32,189 nucleotides of DNA from a virus (lineage: Duplodnaviria > Caudoviricetes), in the IMG/VR virus record IMGVR_UViG_3300049142_000054, positions 1 to 32,189 of that record. The stretch is one strand, 5' to 3'. Below the pieces are notes generated by a model. That model was not told the origin of the DNA. It ran no database searches and was given only the letters and a program-made list of their open reading frames with translations. Shown here in pieces: positions 31,882 to 32,189 of this stretch. Positions within the stretch are counted from its first letter, which is position 1. Every line of letters begins with the position of its first letter. A program made the translations under genes and the position numbers.

Positions 31882-32189
31882 ATGACCCAGCGGAACCCTA
31901 TCGCCCCCAGCCGCGGGGCCGAATCGCGCGTTGCCGAGCTGCACCGACTGGCCCGCGAGGACTACGCCAAGGGGCAGCAGCAGCGCGCCACCCCGAACCT
32001 CTCGCCGTCCTACGCCGTGGCCTCCCGCGCCGCCCGCCACCAGCTGGCCGAGCCCAGCGACCTCGACGTCGCCATCAGCCTCGCTCAGCAACTGCTCAAC
32101 AGCGACCAGGTGCTCTCACTGCGCGAGGCCCTGCGCCTCCTGCTGCGCGCCCTCGGTGCCGAGCCCACCACGCCGTCACAGCCGCTGGC
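31882..32189 (+). CDS. Hypothetical protein, runs off the window end
   Basis: GAGGAG RBS; ATG 31882 MTQRNPIAPSRG...LREALRLLLRALGAE... open to the end. Confidence 0.65.
   Translation, partial: MTQRNPIAPSRGAESRVAELHRLAREDYAKGQQQRATPNLSPSYAVASRAARHQLAEPSDLDVAISLAQQLLNSDQVLSLREALRLLLRALGAEPTTPSQPL

Larger units (their letters stand above)
1..32189. mobile_element. Temperate siphovirus genome segment (actinophage, probably Streptomyces), incomplete at both ends
   Basis: Colinear head, tail, lysis, att/integrase, immunity, replication and early modules; no host housekeeping genes seen. Confidence 0.95.

Overview
High-GC window that reads as one temperate siphovirus of an actinomycete, most likely Streptomyces (inferred from codon style and gene families). 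From left to right: HK97-type capsid and head-completion genes; a long non-contractile tail module (tube, chaperone with a -1 frameshift, 1263-aa tape measure, carbohydrate-binding/LamG tail-tip protein, short receptor-binding protein); a lysis cassette (amidase plus three membrane proteins); a terminator-bounded accessory cassette (DUF6879-like protein, XRE-DUF5753/Scr1-like regulator, TTA-containing prim-pol-like protein, unknown protein) with a convergent small XRE; an apparent intact attP (3' half of tRNA-Lys(UUU) with arm-type repeats on both sides); tyrosine integrase; repressor/Cro switch with operators; excisionase; primase-polymerase/DUF927 helicase; an iteron-rich origin; an SF2 helicase; and a string of small early genes. 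The best candidate for an undescribed system is the accessory cassette at 15.8-18.4 kb. All family assignments come from motif recognition by eye, not database searches.
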